Below, piece by piece: positions 24,460 through 37,066 of a stretch of 64,000 nucleotides of DNA. The stretch lies in contig JAMDHS010000084.1 in the NCBI GenBank assembly GCA_029717555.1, positions 1 to 64,000 on the forward strand, written 5' to 3'. Under the pieces are notes generated by a model. It searched no databases and was not told the origin of the DNA. It saw only the letters and a list, made by a program, of their open reading frames with translations. This DNA comes from Peribolospora baueri. Its lineage: Eukaryota. Made by a program: the position numbers and the translations under genes. How positions within the stretch are numbered: the stretch's first letter is position 1; every line of letters starts with the position of its first letter.

Positions 24460-27400
24460 ATGAGTTCGGATCTTGAGGTAGGCGTGCGCGCACACATAGG
24501 CACCTTGCCTCTGCGCTCACCGCTCGTTCATTCTCCTTTGCTGCCTCCCAGAGCGATGGTGCCAAGGGGCTCAGCTCCCCAGGGACGCTCGCGTGGCGAA
24601 ATCTTATCTTCAAGGTCCCGAGTGGCAAAACCATCATCCATGGTCTTTCTGGCAAGGTTAAAGGGGGAAGCATGATGGCCGTTATGGGACCCTCTGGCGC
24701 CGGAAAGAGCACCTTCCTCGACATCATCTGTCGCCGCGCTCCTTCCTCTGGCGTCTCTGGCACTGTGCGTCTCTACGCACACCCCTTCTGAGCTTTTTAC
24801 ATACTTGTTGCTGACGCGACTCTGTTGCGCGTCCTCTTCGCTCAGGTCACTTTTAATGGCAGCGCCACGTTCGAGCCGTCCGACGTGATGAGCTACGTGG
24901 AGCAGTCCGACGCCCTTATCGGTGTCTTGACTGTCCGTGAAACGCTCGAGTTTGCTGCCAAACTCCGGTGAGTTTGTCGCGGAGCCCCAGACGCGCGCAT
25001 TTGGGAAGGCCGCGGTTTCACCGTGACATCGTGTACCACTTCTCAACAATACACTCTCACAGTCATTACCCCAACCTACCCACGGCGGACGTGCGCCAGC
25101 AAGTGGACGAGACTATGTCCTTGCTCGGTCTTTCGAACGTCGCTTCCACCAAGATTGGCACGGCTATTCAAAAGGGCATCTCTGGCGGTCAAAAACGTCG
25201 CGTTACCATTGGCTGCTCCGTGCTGGCCAGGTCGAGGGTGTTGGTGTTGGACGAGCCGACCAGGTGAGCACGCATTCGGAAGAACGAACGACAGCTCTTT
25301 TGAGAAATGGAAATGACTCGTAGCCTCGGAACGTTCCCTTGTTGCTTACAGCGGTCTAGATTCGACGACAAGCTTGGAAGTCGTTAAAAGCAGTGAGTCC
25401 GTCGTGCGCAGAACTCAGTCATCGCCACCATTCTAAGACTCCAGCATCCATTTTGTTGCTAGTCAAAACCCTGGCGCAGCAACAGAGCATGGCTGTCATC
25501 TGCACCATTCATCAGCCGAGTTGGGAGACGCTCGCCCTCTTTGACGACGTGCTAGTCCTCGCGGAAGGCAAGACTGTGTATCAGGACAGAGTCGGTGAGT
25601 CGGCACATGCGTTTCTGCGCGGATTCTCTTCATTTGGCGAACTGACGCTCGTTTTGGCGTCCAGATAAGCTGCCCGGCTATCTCGCGTCCATTGGTTCGC
25701 CAGTCGCGGAGCACTCCAACCCCGCAGATCACGTCATCAGTCTTGCCAACACCGAGTTCCTTCGAGACGACGACGACAATGCGGGTAGCGAACACCGAGA
25801 TCCCTCGGCACCGGTCAGCGAGCGCTTGGACAGGCTCTGCCAAGCATGGAAAGATTACGCCAGCGCGAACTGCCTTCTCGAAGGGTCCAAAGAGCAGATA
25901 GACGGTCCAAAGCTTGCCGACGCCGGCGAGGTCCATACTCCTTCTGCTAACGTCAGACGGAAAGAGAATTTCTTCCGAGCGTTGCGCAAGGATACGTACC
26001 GCACTTGGGTGTTGATGCACAGGAACATGCTGAATTATCGCCGCAACGTACTCGCATACGGCATACGAGTTGGAATGTACGGTGAGTTTTACAAACTCGA
26101 CCCCGCGCGCGGCAAGTGGATATCCGCTGACAGAGTCGCGACCCTTGGAAACACGCACAGTGGCCATGGGAGTTTTGCTCGGCACCATCTGGGTCAATCT
26201 GGCGAAGATGGATACTCGCATCAACGACAGGTTGTCCGTCCACTTCTTTAGCGTCGCTTTCCTCGCGTTCATGTCCGTCGCCGGCATACCCTCCTTCCTC
26301 GAAGAGAGGGCGGTCTTCGTCCGCGAGCGCAACAATGGTCTGTACGGTCCAGGACCGTACGTGCTAGCCAACTCGCTGGTCAACATTCCCTTCTTGTTCA
26401 TTTGCTCGTTGCTCTTCTGCGTGATCTGGTGAGATGGCAACGTCATGGACGTCCTTGCCCGCGCGCGTCTGATGCTGACGGTGATCGCGCGCTCTCTCGT
26501 CGGCCCAGCTATTGGTCCATCGGCCTACACCCTGGCGCTCCAGCATTCTTCCGCTTCCTCGCTTTCCTCTTCCTAGCCGTATACACCGCCGAGTCTCAAG
26601 TCAGTCCAACATGGCTCGTCAACCGTTTTGGCATTGCTTGCGCTGACGATACCCAATACGTCCCCCATGCGTCTCCGATAGTCCATCCTCATCGCGGCCA
26701 TCATCCCGATCTTTGTCGCAGCCTTGGCCGTCGCCTCGTTCCTAAAGTGAGTCCCACGATCGAGCGCGTTCTCGGATGCGCCCCAGGTCGGCTTCCCATC
26801 GCTCATAGCTTCGAATGCTTTGAACTTGCCAGCGGCTTCATGATGTCTGTTCAGGGGTGAGTAGAGAGGCCAAAGGCCTGTTCATATCTGCAGCGTTGGC
26901 GTTCACGACAGGCTCACATCGTGCGCATGTGCCCTGCCGCTCAGGTATTTCATCAAGGCTGTCAATCTGCCTCGTTTCTGGTACTACTGGGCTCACTGGA
27001 TCGACTATCAGGTAAGTTTACCGTAGCCTTGCCTTGGGGTCACCTACGATGGAAGGGTCGCGGGACGGCAAAACGGGCAATCTTAGTTGACGACGTGTTG
27101 TTTCCTTCCTCCCGATGCCGCCGGACAGACCTTCGCATTCAACATCATCGCCAACAACGACCTTCGCGGCGTCACCTTTTCTTGTACTACGCTCGCCAAT
27201 GGGAGCTGCCAGTGTGCTTACCCCACGTCTTTGACCGACGTGTGCGCCGTTACCGGCGACGACGTCCTACAAGTGAGCGTCCTAGTTGAGGCCAGGGAGC
27301 GCCAGTCTTCCCTTTCTGAGCCATCGGCACTCAAACTGTCCCTCTTCCTGCCTCCCTCGCTCCCACGCTCCCCTGCACATCTCGCAGGCACTCCAGATCC

Positions 27401-27498
27401 GCGGGACAAAGTACGGCCTTGACGCGGGTCTCCTGATCGTCATCGCCGTCGTCTACAGGTCCCTCTTCTACATCGCTCTCCGCCTCAAGAAGAAGTGA
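24460..27498 (+). CDS. ABCG (white-like) half-size ABC transporter, NBD-TMD topology
   Basis: Walker A GPSGAGKST, signature ISGGQKRRV, Walker B VLVLDEPTSGLD, CTIHQP, EERAVFVRERNNGLY and six or so TM segments. Confidence 0.93.
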
Positions 27499-29072
27499 GG
27501 TGACGTCCACCGCTCCTTTGTCCATCTCCACGTCCTATCCCTCGTCAGATTCCTTGTTTGCTCCACGCACGTAAATGCTTAGACCAACTCGTTTCTGAGA
27601 AGGCCGCGATCCCGCCGTGCTGTCCTGTACACACATATACACATACACATACGTAATGCATGGACGTATGCGAATGGCCGGCCCGGCCCAGCCCGGCGCG
27701 GGGGAGATGCGCTTCCTTCTTCGTCGGATCGCCTGCTGCAGGAAGCAAGCGATCCTCGAGCGATACTGGAGGGATGAAGGGAAAGGCGGGACGAGGGAGG
27801 GAGCAGAGCGAAAGACGGACGGATGCTAGAGACACAACTTTGTTTCTTGGTGGACGGAAATCGGCAGAGACTACCTACGTACGCCATCACCGCAATGGAG
27901 GGATAGTACCGGCGCCATGATGGGTGGTCGTAGTTCATCCATCCATCCACGAGTAACATGGAGAAGAATCAGGGTAAGTGTCCCGCTGGCGTCTCTCGTT
28001 CAAAGCCGATCGCTCCTCTTTTCTTTCCTCAGCCGTCCGACGGTCGGTCCACGCCATGCCAAGAGTCGTCAGCACCGTTAATCGGATCATATCGTGGTAG
28101 AAGGGGGTCGAAAGAAAGGAAGGAAGGAGGCCGAAATAGGAGGAGGGGGAAAGGGAAGGAGAGGCTCGTCGACCGCCGTCATCGCCGTCATCGGAAAGTG
28201 GCAGATCATCAATCAGATCGACGATCTCACAAGGACGAACGAAGAATAGGATGGACACCAATTCGACACGGACGCACTAGGACGAACCATACGAACAGAG
28301 CCGAACAAGCGCAAGGGACGGAAAGGAACGAGAGGAAGGGGGAAGGGGGCGAGGGGAAAAAGCAGCGTGGATTGAAAGGAAGGGGAGACTGACGGAGATC
28401 GGCCAAGTGGAAATGGGATAAACAGAGGGAGACGTTCATTCTCGGAGAAAGACAAAGACGGTGTCAGGATGGGGAGGAAGGGAAGGACAGAAGAAAGGCT
28501 CAACGGACGAAAAAGGATGAGGGCGTGAATGACCAGGAAGAAAGGGACACAGAAGTTGGGGGAAGGAGAGGTAGGAAAGGCAAATGAAAAAAAAAATGGC
28601 GAATAGACGGAAAGAGAAAGACAAGTGGTGCGACAACTAGGCCCGGCTCGAACCTCTTGAGCGCGACCTTCTCCTCCGCCATCCCAATCTTCTCGCTCCC
28701 GCGCATCCTCTTCGCCTCCAGGCCACTCCTCTCTCCCCTTCCTTCGCCCATCACCAGCCTGAGTCAACACGCGATCTAAATTTTCAACAACGCGCACTCA
28801 ACTCATCGGCGCCCTGTCTCGCGGTGCAGTGCGTTCCACGTAGCGCACAACGGTCGGTCGTCTGCCCATTGCCCTGTGCCACTCCCCGTCTTCGACCCGA
28901 GTCCACCTTCGCCAGTGTCTGTCCACGCCCGCGCGCCGCCGAAGTTTACATGATCTACCTCGCGAGGTCGACCACTGAACGCATCAGAAGGCGCAAACGA
29001 CGATGGCAACCGGGCTAGGGTGAGGACGAAAACGGAGAGACAGGGTGTACAGGCCACGGTACGACGGCCGAC

Positions 29073-30471
29073 TTAGTTGCTCTCGGGAGCAGCGGCGGCG
29101 GGAGCAGGAGGGGCGGCCTTGGTCTTCGCCGACTGGAGGACAGGGTGGAGGACCTTCTGGAAGACGACCTGGGCGCCCTGTGGATGGGAAGAGGAACAAA
29201 GGAGAGGCACAGAGAGGACGAGTGAAGTCAAGCAAAGGAGAGAGGAAAGGAACGACGATGGAAAGGATGGGATGATGGTCAGTACGACGACCGAAAGAGG
29301 CCGTATGGCAGTGGTATGCGTCTTCCGTAACAGGGCCTCCAGGACGGAAGAGGGTCAAAAACGAAAAACTCACCCTGGTGCTGGGGAGCATGAGCCAGAT
29401 GATGAGGAGGGTCTTGAAGGTGTAGTAGAAGGGGAACCAGTAGGTGAGGTCGAGGAGTTGCTCAACGAAGCTGAAGGCACCGAAAACAATCCAGTACGTG
29501 AGCCACTGGATGTCGTCCTGGGGCTGGGGAGTGTCGAGGGCACGGATGCTGAAGTAGGCGGGGAGGGCGTAGCCAAGCAAGTTGGACAGGAAGCCGGCAG
29601 CGATGTTGACTGTGTGGTGGAGGGTAAGGGAGATGGCGACGAAGCGAGTGCGGCGGAGTTAGCCCAATCATATAACTCATGGCAAGCGCAGAATGGGTGC
29701 CATAATACGCATGACTGGATTCCCAAAACTCATTGGTCCCTGTGCACGTGCAAACGATACCACCGTTTATCTGAAGCGGGACTCACAGAAGATGAGGAAG
29801 GCGAAGAGGGCAAAGACACCGAGGACGCCGTAGGCCTTGGGGACCCTGACCTGCTGCTCCATCTTGGTCAAGGTGGGGTACTTGGACAGCTGGTGATGGG
29901 ACGAGCAGGGGCGAGGAGCACGTAGGCGATCAGCGACAACGTTCCGACTGGCCAAGGGATCGTCTGCCTCGTCTGCGCCTCCCTGCGAAGCGGAATAGCG
30001 TTTACACACCTCCTTGTCAATCTGAGAGATATAGTAGTTGAGCCTGCGGCCGAGTACGAAGAAGCAAAGGCAAAAGGCAACGTCAGAGGAGATGAGCATG
30101 AGAAGGAGGTTCGGATGATCATGAAAAAGCAAGACGCAAAGGCTCCCATCCGTTCATCCGTCCATCCATGCGCCGATTCATTCGTCCATCTACTCATGTT
30201 ACAATCCCATGCATTTGACACCTCAAGATGGACGACCGTCCCGACCTGCCGGGTCATCGACGGCATCCGAAGCCCGGGCGTCGGTCGTCCCGCCAATAAT
30301 ACCCTTCCCAGTTGCCCGGTGGACAGGAGAAGGAATGAAACAAGTCCGTCGACAACAAAGACGACTGGACGATTACGACGAACAATGAAGAGAAAGAAAA
30401 AAGAAGTGGACGACGATGGACGACGAGAAGGATACCCACTTGTCCTGCGCGACTTGAGCTTGGGCGGCCAT
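29073..30471 (-). CDS. YOP1: ER-shaping protein Yop1 (REEP/DP1/HVA22 family)
   Basis: LNYYISQIDKE|LSKYP, LGYALPAYFSIRAL, DDIQWLTYW, WFPFYYTFK, WLMLPSTR|GAQVVF. Confidence 0.93.
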
Positions 30472-31099
30472 TTTGACAGTGTTATTTGTTAGGAAGGGGA
30501 GAAGGCGAACGAGATGGGAGTGAAAGAAGAAGAGATGTTATTGGGAGACAGGAGTGGAGGCCGTGTGACTGCTGGCTACGTGGCAGAGTCGTGAGAGGAG
30601 ACGTGACGGGAGACGGTCGTGAAAGTTCGTCGTGGGGAGATACGGACGGAGACGACGCGACGAGTGGCTGAGCCAAGCCAAGCCCGGTCGCCAGCGAGCG
30701 CAGAGCGGATCGATATGGATGACGAAAAGATCACGTGGCCGGATGGAATACACGTTGCTCGAGATGGGTCATATCCGCATACACGTGCTTTCTTCTCACG
30801 CCTCTTCCTTCCATCTTCTTCCACCTCCCTTCTCGGCCACGTGTGCCATCCATCGATGCCCTCACCGGCGACGGATCACACCGGACGAACGCACGAGCGA
30901 AGAGCAACAAAACATGGCCCGCGTCGATTTGACCTGAACCGTACTTTCCGACCCTCTATCTCTCTCGTGGATCCCTTAAGGCTCACAGCTGCCAAGTGCC
31001 ATCGGAGCGGAGTTCGACGTCTTCAAGCATATCGTACGAACTGATCATCGTATCACATACAGGCGCGAGTTCACCCGCAGTTCGAGCTCGCCTCACACA

Positions 31100-32765
31100 T
31101 CAAGGCGAGACCTGACTCGGTCGTGGACGTTTCGCCACACTGACGGACTGAGGAAGGAGGTGTGCGGATTGAGAGAGGATAGAAAAGGAGAGATGACAGA
31201 TGGCCGACGTCAACACAGAAAGCTCAGAATCACACATCCGGCTTGATAAAGAGGAAGAACCAAAACTAGAGAACGGTCTGTCCTCCTCATTCTCCAATTC
31301 GAAGCCAAAACAAGAGAAAAGAGAAAGAAATGAAACGACTCACTCCGTCCTCGTACTCTCTCAAAAGCTCCTCCGACAAACCCCTCGGTCGCTTCTTCGC
31401 TGTCGTCGGCGAGGATGTCCCCGACGACGATGGCGGCCTGCCGTCGTGGCCCGCTGCGTCGGCACCATCGCCATTGCCCCGTTCACCACCACTGCCGTTG
31501 CTCAAACGGGGCCCTCGCTCCGTTCCGGCATGGTTGGCACGCTTGTTCTTGTCCCGTACCTTATCTCTCCCTTCGTCCCCATCCTCGTCCTCGTCCACCG
31601 CTCCATCCCGTCCCACTCCGGCGGCGTGCTTCTCTTCCGCCGCGTCTCGTCCATCCTGCCCGGTGGAAGGCGAGCCCCCGAGCCGGTGATGAGGGTGGTA
31701 TTGGCCATCGTGCTCCACAGCGTCGTACGCTGGTCGCCTCGGTCCGGACGAAGGCGAGGCGAAAGGGTCCGCGTCCGTCTCCATGCGATGGCCCACCGAA
31801 GCACGCGGAGGCGCAGCACCCAGATGGCGCGGATACGGGTGGTGCTGACGCTCTTGCTCACCACCATCGTAGCGGTCCACGTCCATATCTGCCGCCTGAC
31901 GAACGGATGGCGCAAAGTCGCGTCGAGCGTGGGGGTGGTGGCGGGGATCGAATGGGCTCGAAGCGCGCCCATGACGCCGGTGGTACTCGGCAGTTTCGGC
32001 TTCAACGTCGTATTCTGTCGGATATCGCCTTCCTTCATGAGCGGGGGACTGATGGGAGGGGACAGGAGATGTTCGAGACGGCTGAGAGGGCAGGAAGCCT
32101 GGCACCGGGGCTGGGGGGAGTTGGTGCGAGGAGAGATGGATGAGAGAAGGGATTCGCGCAGTGGAGATGGCGTCGAGGAGGAAGCTGGGGACGGACCGAG
32201 AAGAGGGGACGGTATGCGAGGATAGCGAGAGGGAAGCAGAGTGCGAGAGGGAGGCAGAGAAAGGAATCCACGTCGGAAATGAGAAATCAGCGTCAGGCGG
32301 GCGGACATGTCCGAGGAGGAATGGATGAGGAGGGGTGGGACGGGGAACGAGGAAGGGAACGGGCCGCAACGGAAGACGCACTCGCACTCCTCCCGGATCA
32401 TCTTGATCTTCGTCTCGGCGGCTTCGGCCTCTCTCTGAAGATGCTCATGTTCCTGTACGTCGGGCGAGAATCGAAGGTACGCAAAGACGAGAGACGGGTG
32501 CGGATGGGGAAGCAAAAGAAACACAAAACGTCGTTAGCGCTTCGTCACAGCCATGCACGTACGACTGTTAATCAAAGGCACATCCGACAACGGCAGAGGA
32601 GAGACGCACGGCGGTCACCGCGTCGAACCTTCGCTTGCTCTTGAGAAACTTGTACTTGTACTTGCTCGTGTGGGCCATCGAGGACGATGCGGAGGGCGCG
32701 CCGGACTGGTTGGCGTAGCCGGCGCCGCTGTGGTGCACTTTCGAGGAGGACGCCTGTGTTGACAT
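31100..32765 (-). CDS. Probable IEC3/INO80E-like INO80 complex subunit: N-terminal coiled coil plus disordered tail
   Basis: Spliced N-terminus KYKYKFLKSKRRFDAVTA|EHEHLQREAEAAETKIKMIREEC..FLLDAI resembles the IEC3/INO80E coiled coil from recall. The rest is low complexity with KKRPR NLS-like motifs. Confidence 0.55.
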
Positions 32766-33317
32766 GGCGTCCCTTATGTTGTTTCTTCTCTTTTCGTCTG
32801 TTTTTTTGGCCAGGACCTTGGAAGGGGTTGGGTGGGAGAGGCGATGATGGCGTCGGCGTGGTGGCACAACAGACGCCGTCGATCGACCGCTCGCTCGCTC
32901 CGCGTTCGGTGACCGACACGCGCCCGGCCGACAAGGACAGCGAACGGTCGTCCATCCACCGTTCATGAAGCCTTTCTTCCACGTCGCAGAACACTCATAC
33001 ACATGTGTTGTGTCTTTGGTAAAGCGAACGAGACATCGCCAACAACGGCAAACAACTGAAAATTAACGAATTTTTGTCTCGGTCTTAGGGCGAAGCCTCC
33101 GTCTCTATATGCCCCGTAATACCACGCCCGACCACGTCCGGAGAGGAGAAAGCGAAGAACATACGAAGGACAGAGCGGAAATCGGGAGCCCGAATGGCCA
33201 AGAGTACAAAGAGTGCAAAGAAGGAGCGCGGGTATCGAGCGGTCAAGAAAGCCGTATCGCTGGGTGATCAACTCAAGCAGATGCGGCCCGGCCTCCGCCA
33301 AGCCAAAGCCTTTCGTC

Positions 33318-35886
33318 TCAGACCTCGACATAGTCTCGCCCTCGTCCTGGGCTCGCCGAAACGGGCGTCTTCTCGTGGTTCTCGACATCGGGTCTCGGAG
33401 ACTGCCCATCGAAGATCTCGGCGATCTGCGAATCGCATCGGAAAGGTAGCAAGCAGGGTTCCCGAGGGTCAGAACGGACGAACTTGACAACCGGGCACTA
33501 ACAGGGGCAGGACGGATAAACACGCACCTCTTCCAGACTTCTTCCTCTGACGATCGAAACGACGAGACAAAAGACGAGGGTAGGGTAAGAGAAGGCGTCG
33601 TTGGTACGCGATGCAGTCGGTCTGATGACGGTTCGCAGCAGCTGGACTGGAGCAAGCGCTCTCACCTCGTCTCGGGATAGTAGAGCCATACGACGGCGAG
33701 CAGGACGATGAGGATTCCAATGTACACGACTGAAGCGGAGATGCAAATATGGGATGGAAACGGGGAGCCCGCGAGGGCCCGAGTCAGTGGGGCCAGCTCG
33801 GAAAACGGGCGTTTGAGATCGACAGAAAGTTCGACGTCTCACAATAGTACTGTCGGTAGTGAGAGGGGTGGAGGCCCGAGCGAAAGGATGCAAATGACCG
33901 GATAAGCACCGAGATCGCCACGGATCTCAACTCTAGGAGCCACCGTCCTAATCGAGCTAGCCCTCCGACCCCTCACCTTCCAAGTGACAGCGGCGAATGC
34001 GGTCGGGTTGACGAGCTGGTTGAAAATGAGCGCGAGGACGGTGGTGGTCCACACGATGGCCATACCCTGCGTGCGGAGCGAGTATTGCATCAGCTCAACC
34101 GGGTACGTGACTTGGAGGGGTGCCCACGCTGTTCGAAGCGACAGCAGAGGCGGAGATAGAGAGAGTGAGCAGAGGCGGTCGCACCTGATTATGAGCTCGA
34201 GAACGGAGAGATGGGATCGGACGAATGCGAACGGAGCGTCCATCGGCTTACCAGCAGAGTAAGCAGCATAGTACAAGAAGAGGAACGCGACGACGGCGCC
34301 TCCGGCGGTCGTGTTGCCTCGCTGGGCGTAAGTTGCTGAGCAGGCGGTAATGACCTGCGCGAAGAGAACCGCGAGTGTGCGATGCGATCAGCAAACGGTT
34401 GCGCCGGACGAGTTTCCGAATAGGGCCATAGCACGGGACTTCGAGCACACGCGGTGTGCCAGCCTTGCTCTAGACTATGCCGCTCACGATATAGCAGATG
34501 AGCATGCCGACGGTGGAGCCGAGCCAGAGCTTGCGTCTGCCGACCGTATCTACGCTGAGCGTGGCAGCGAGAGTGCATGCGAAGCTCCAGATGGACATGC
34601 TAGATGGAGCATAAGTGTACGAATGACCACCAATCAGTTTGAGCTGTTAGTAGAAGGTCCTTAAGATTCCAACTACCTCCTCCGTCTATGCCCATGCCGT
34701 CTCACCTGCCATTGATCGCGCCCTGCTGCACCGAACTCCTAACGCCTATGCTGGCGAGCACGGGAGAGAGGAAGTACGCGACGACGCCAACGCCGTTCCA
34801 TTGGGCAAAGAAGCCCACGGAGCAGATGATGAGCAACCTTCTTCGGTTTCCCGGGGTGGAGAAGAAAGCGAACGATGAGGCTTGGAGTCGGTTTTGCGAT
34901 TCGAAGGCGAGCGCTGTTGATGGCGTGGCGTCGTATGAGCGGTAGAGGAGGGTGAGTGAGATGACCGAATGGGGTCGATTCAATCGAAAGACAGACGACC
35001 CACCGTTGACGATCTCCTCTAGCTCGAACCGCGCGAGCTCATCCTCTTCGTCCCCGTTGGCGTGGTATTTGGCCAACGTCCTCCTGGCCTCGTCTGTGCG
35101 GCCCTTCTTGACGAGCCAACGGGGGCTCTCTGGGACGAACGCGAGCAGGGGCAGCTGCACGAGGGCGGGGACGCCTTGGAAGAGACAGGGAAGTCGCCAA
35201 CTCCAGGAGCTATGGTGGAGGAAGAGGGTGCCGAAACAGAGCCAGGCGGCGATGACAGACCCTGAGGGACGAGAGGTGATCGTCAGCATCCCGAGCGCCA
35301 AGGCGGACTCTTAACGAGGACCGGAGTGTGCCCGTCGCTTCCGCTCACCGACCGAGTATGTGAGCGGATACACTGTCGTAGCGACGCCTCTGTGCCTGGG
35401 ATGGGCGAGCTCGGCTACGAGGACGGGGGCGACGGTAGCGCCGACGAGGCTGCCGACGCCGATGACGACCCTTCCAGCGACGAACATGTTCCTGCTTTGG
35501 CTTGCCGCGGTGATGGCGGCGCCTATGATGACGATGACGCTCGATAGCGCGATCATCTGGCGCCTTCCATACCTATCCGCCAGCCAAGAGGCGGGCACGC
35601 CTCCGGGCACGCCCCCGAACGAGTAGGCGGCCGAGACGAGGCCTAGGGTAATGCCCTTCGGATAGTCCATCGCGGCCTGCCAAGCGGGCAACGTCTGGAG
35701 GCCGTTGAGCAGCGAGCCATCATAGCCGAGGGCGATCTGGGTGAGGCACAGCCAGCCGATCCAGAGGTTCAGCCGGCGCAGGCCGGGGTCGCGCCACCAG
35801 GCGGCGTCGACGTTGTTACGCAACCTGCCCAGCGCCAACGGCGAGTTGTTCGAGAGGGAGGTGCTCGAAGCGGTGGCTCCTTCCAT
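33318..35886 (-). CDS. MFS sugar porter, lactose permease/cellodextrin transporter-like clade
   Basis: WWRDPGLRRLN, GYDGSLLNGLQ, ADRYGRR, AELAHPRHRG, PESPRWL, FFAQWNG, VDTVGRR, YPVEL, GRSLEE|IAEIFDG. Confidence 0.92.
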
Positions 35887-37066
35887 CTCGCTCCCACTCG
35901 GTGACGTGTTGACCGCAGGTCGCTGCCGGTCTAGGCGAGTGCCGTACGACGATGGGAGAGCACTCGCCGCCGAGAGGAGGAGTTAAAGTAACGCGACCCG
36001 CGGTGGACGGTGGTGGCGGGACGGTGACAGAACCGGGACTAGCCGTGCCGTCCTCCTTGGCCGTCCTTGCCGTCGGCGTGATGCAGATCGAGTCGGGCCA
36101 TGGAGTGCGAGAAGAGGGGCACGTCACGAACACGCGAAGGCGAGGTTTCGAGAAGCACACGAGCACGCGCATCAGTGCGGTTCGTCACGGAGGTACAGTA
36201 GAAGGATAACAGACTGCCTTGCCTTCTCGAGTGCTTCGCGACTTGCACCTCGACCATCCTTTTTTTCTTTCCTTTGTTTATGAAAGAACTGATACTAGAT
36301 ATAATAAATTAAATAGATCTGTTTACTTTAGATCCTGCTGGGACAAGTCTCGATGCGGGATCGGCTTCGATCACCTCGCCTGTCTCGGCGCTGTCTTCTA
36401 GCGACTCGGTGCGACTCGCGTCAGTGGCTCTCTGTTTCGCGTCCTTGCTTCGTTCGCCCTTCTCCTCCTCCGTCATGTCCGCTCTTCTCTTCCTTTCCTT
36501 CGTAGTGGGCCACACTCGCCCGCGATGAAGCAGCGTGCAGTCATTCCTCGCAGCCGAGCAGGAGCGGACTAAAGGGACGTAGGCAAACGTGCGGTGGGTT
36601 GCGCATGCGTGCTTCGACAGGGTCGCACAGAGATAGGCCATGGCTGTGAGAGGGCAAGCCGCGCGAGGCTGATTGCACGTGGTCGTGCGGGCGGCGCCAA
36701 GCGGGGGTTGGCGGAGGAGTGCGGGAGGTGGCTGGCGCACGCGTGCTGGAGGGCACGCCAGCCAGGGGGGTCGCTAAAGGCAAGGCTGCGGTGAGGCGAA
36801 GCCAGCTGAGCTGCGTGCTGGCCCGCCCTCGCCCTCGCCCTCGCCCACCGACGGAGTGACCGCCGCCGCTCGCCTCGCCGTCTCTCCTTCGCGTCCACTC
36901 CAAGGCCCAGCCCGACGTTCCCTTCCTTCACTCCTTCCTCGCTCTTCCCTCTCCTTCCCACCCGAGCTCCCTTCCTCTCTTCCTCCTCCCTTCTTCTACA
37001 CCTCCCACCTTACACGCCTTTCCCCCGCCGCCCCGTCCACCTACCACACTTCCTCCCATCGACACC

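Noticed and set aside
29077..29925. 282-aa plus-strand ORF
   Set aside because: Antisense to YOP1 exons and introns.
31200..32524. Alternative 340-aa ORFs overlapping the IEC3-like gene
   Set aside because: Off-frame or antisense shadows; only the spliced frame gives a coherent protein.
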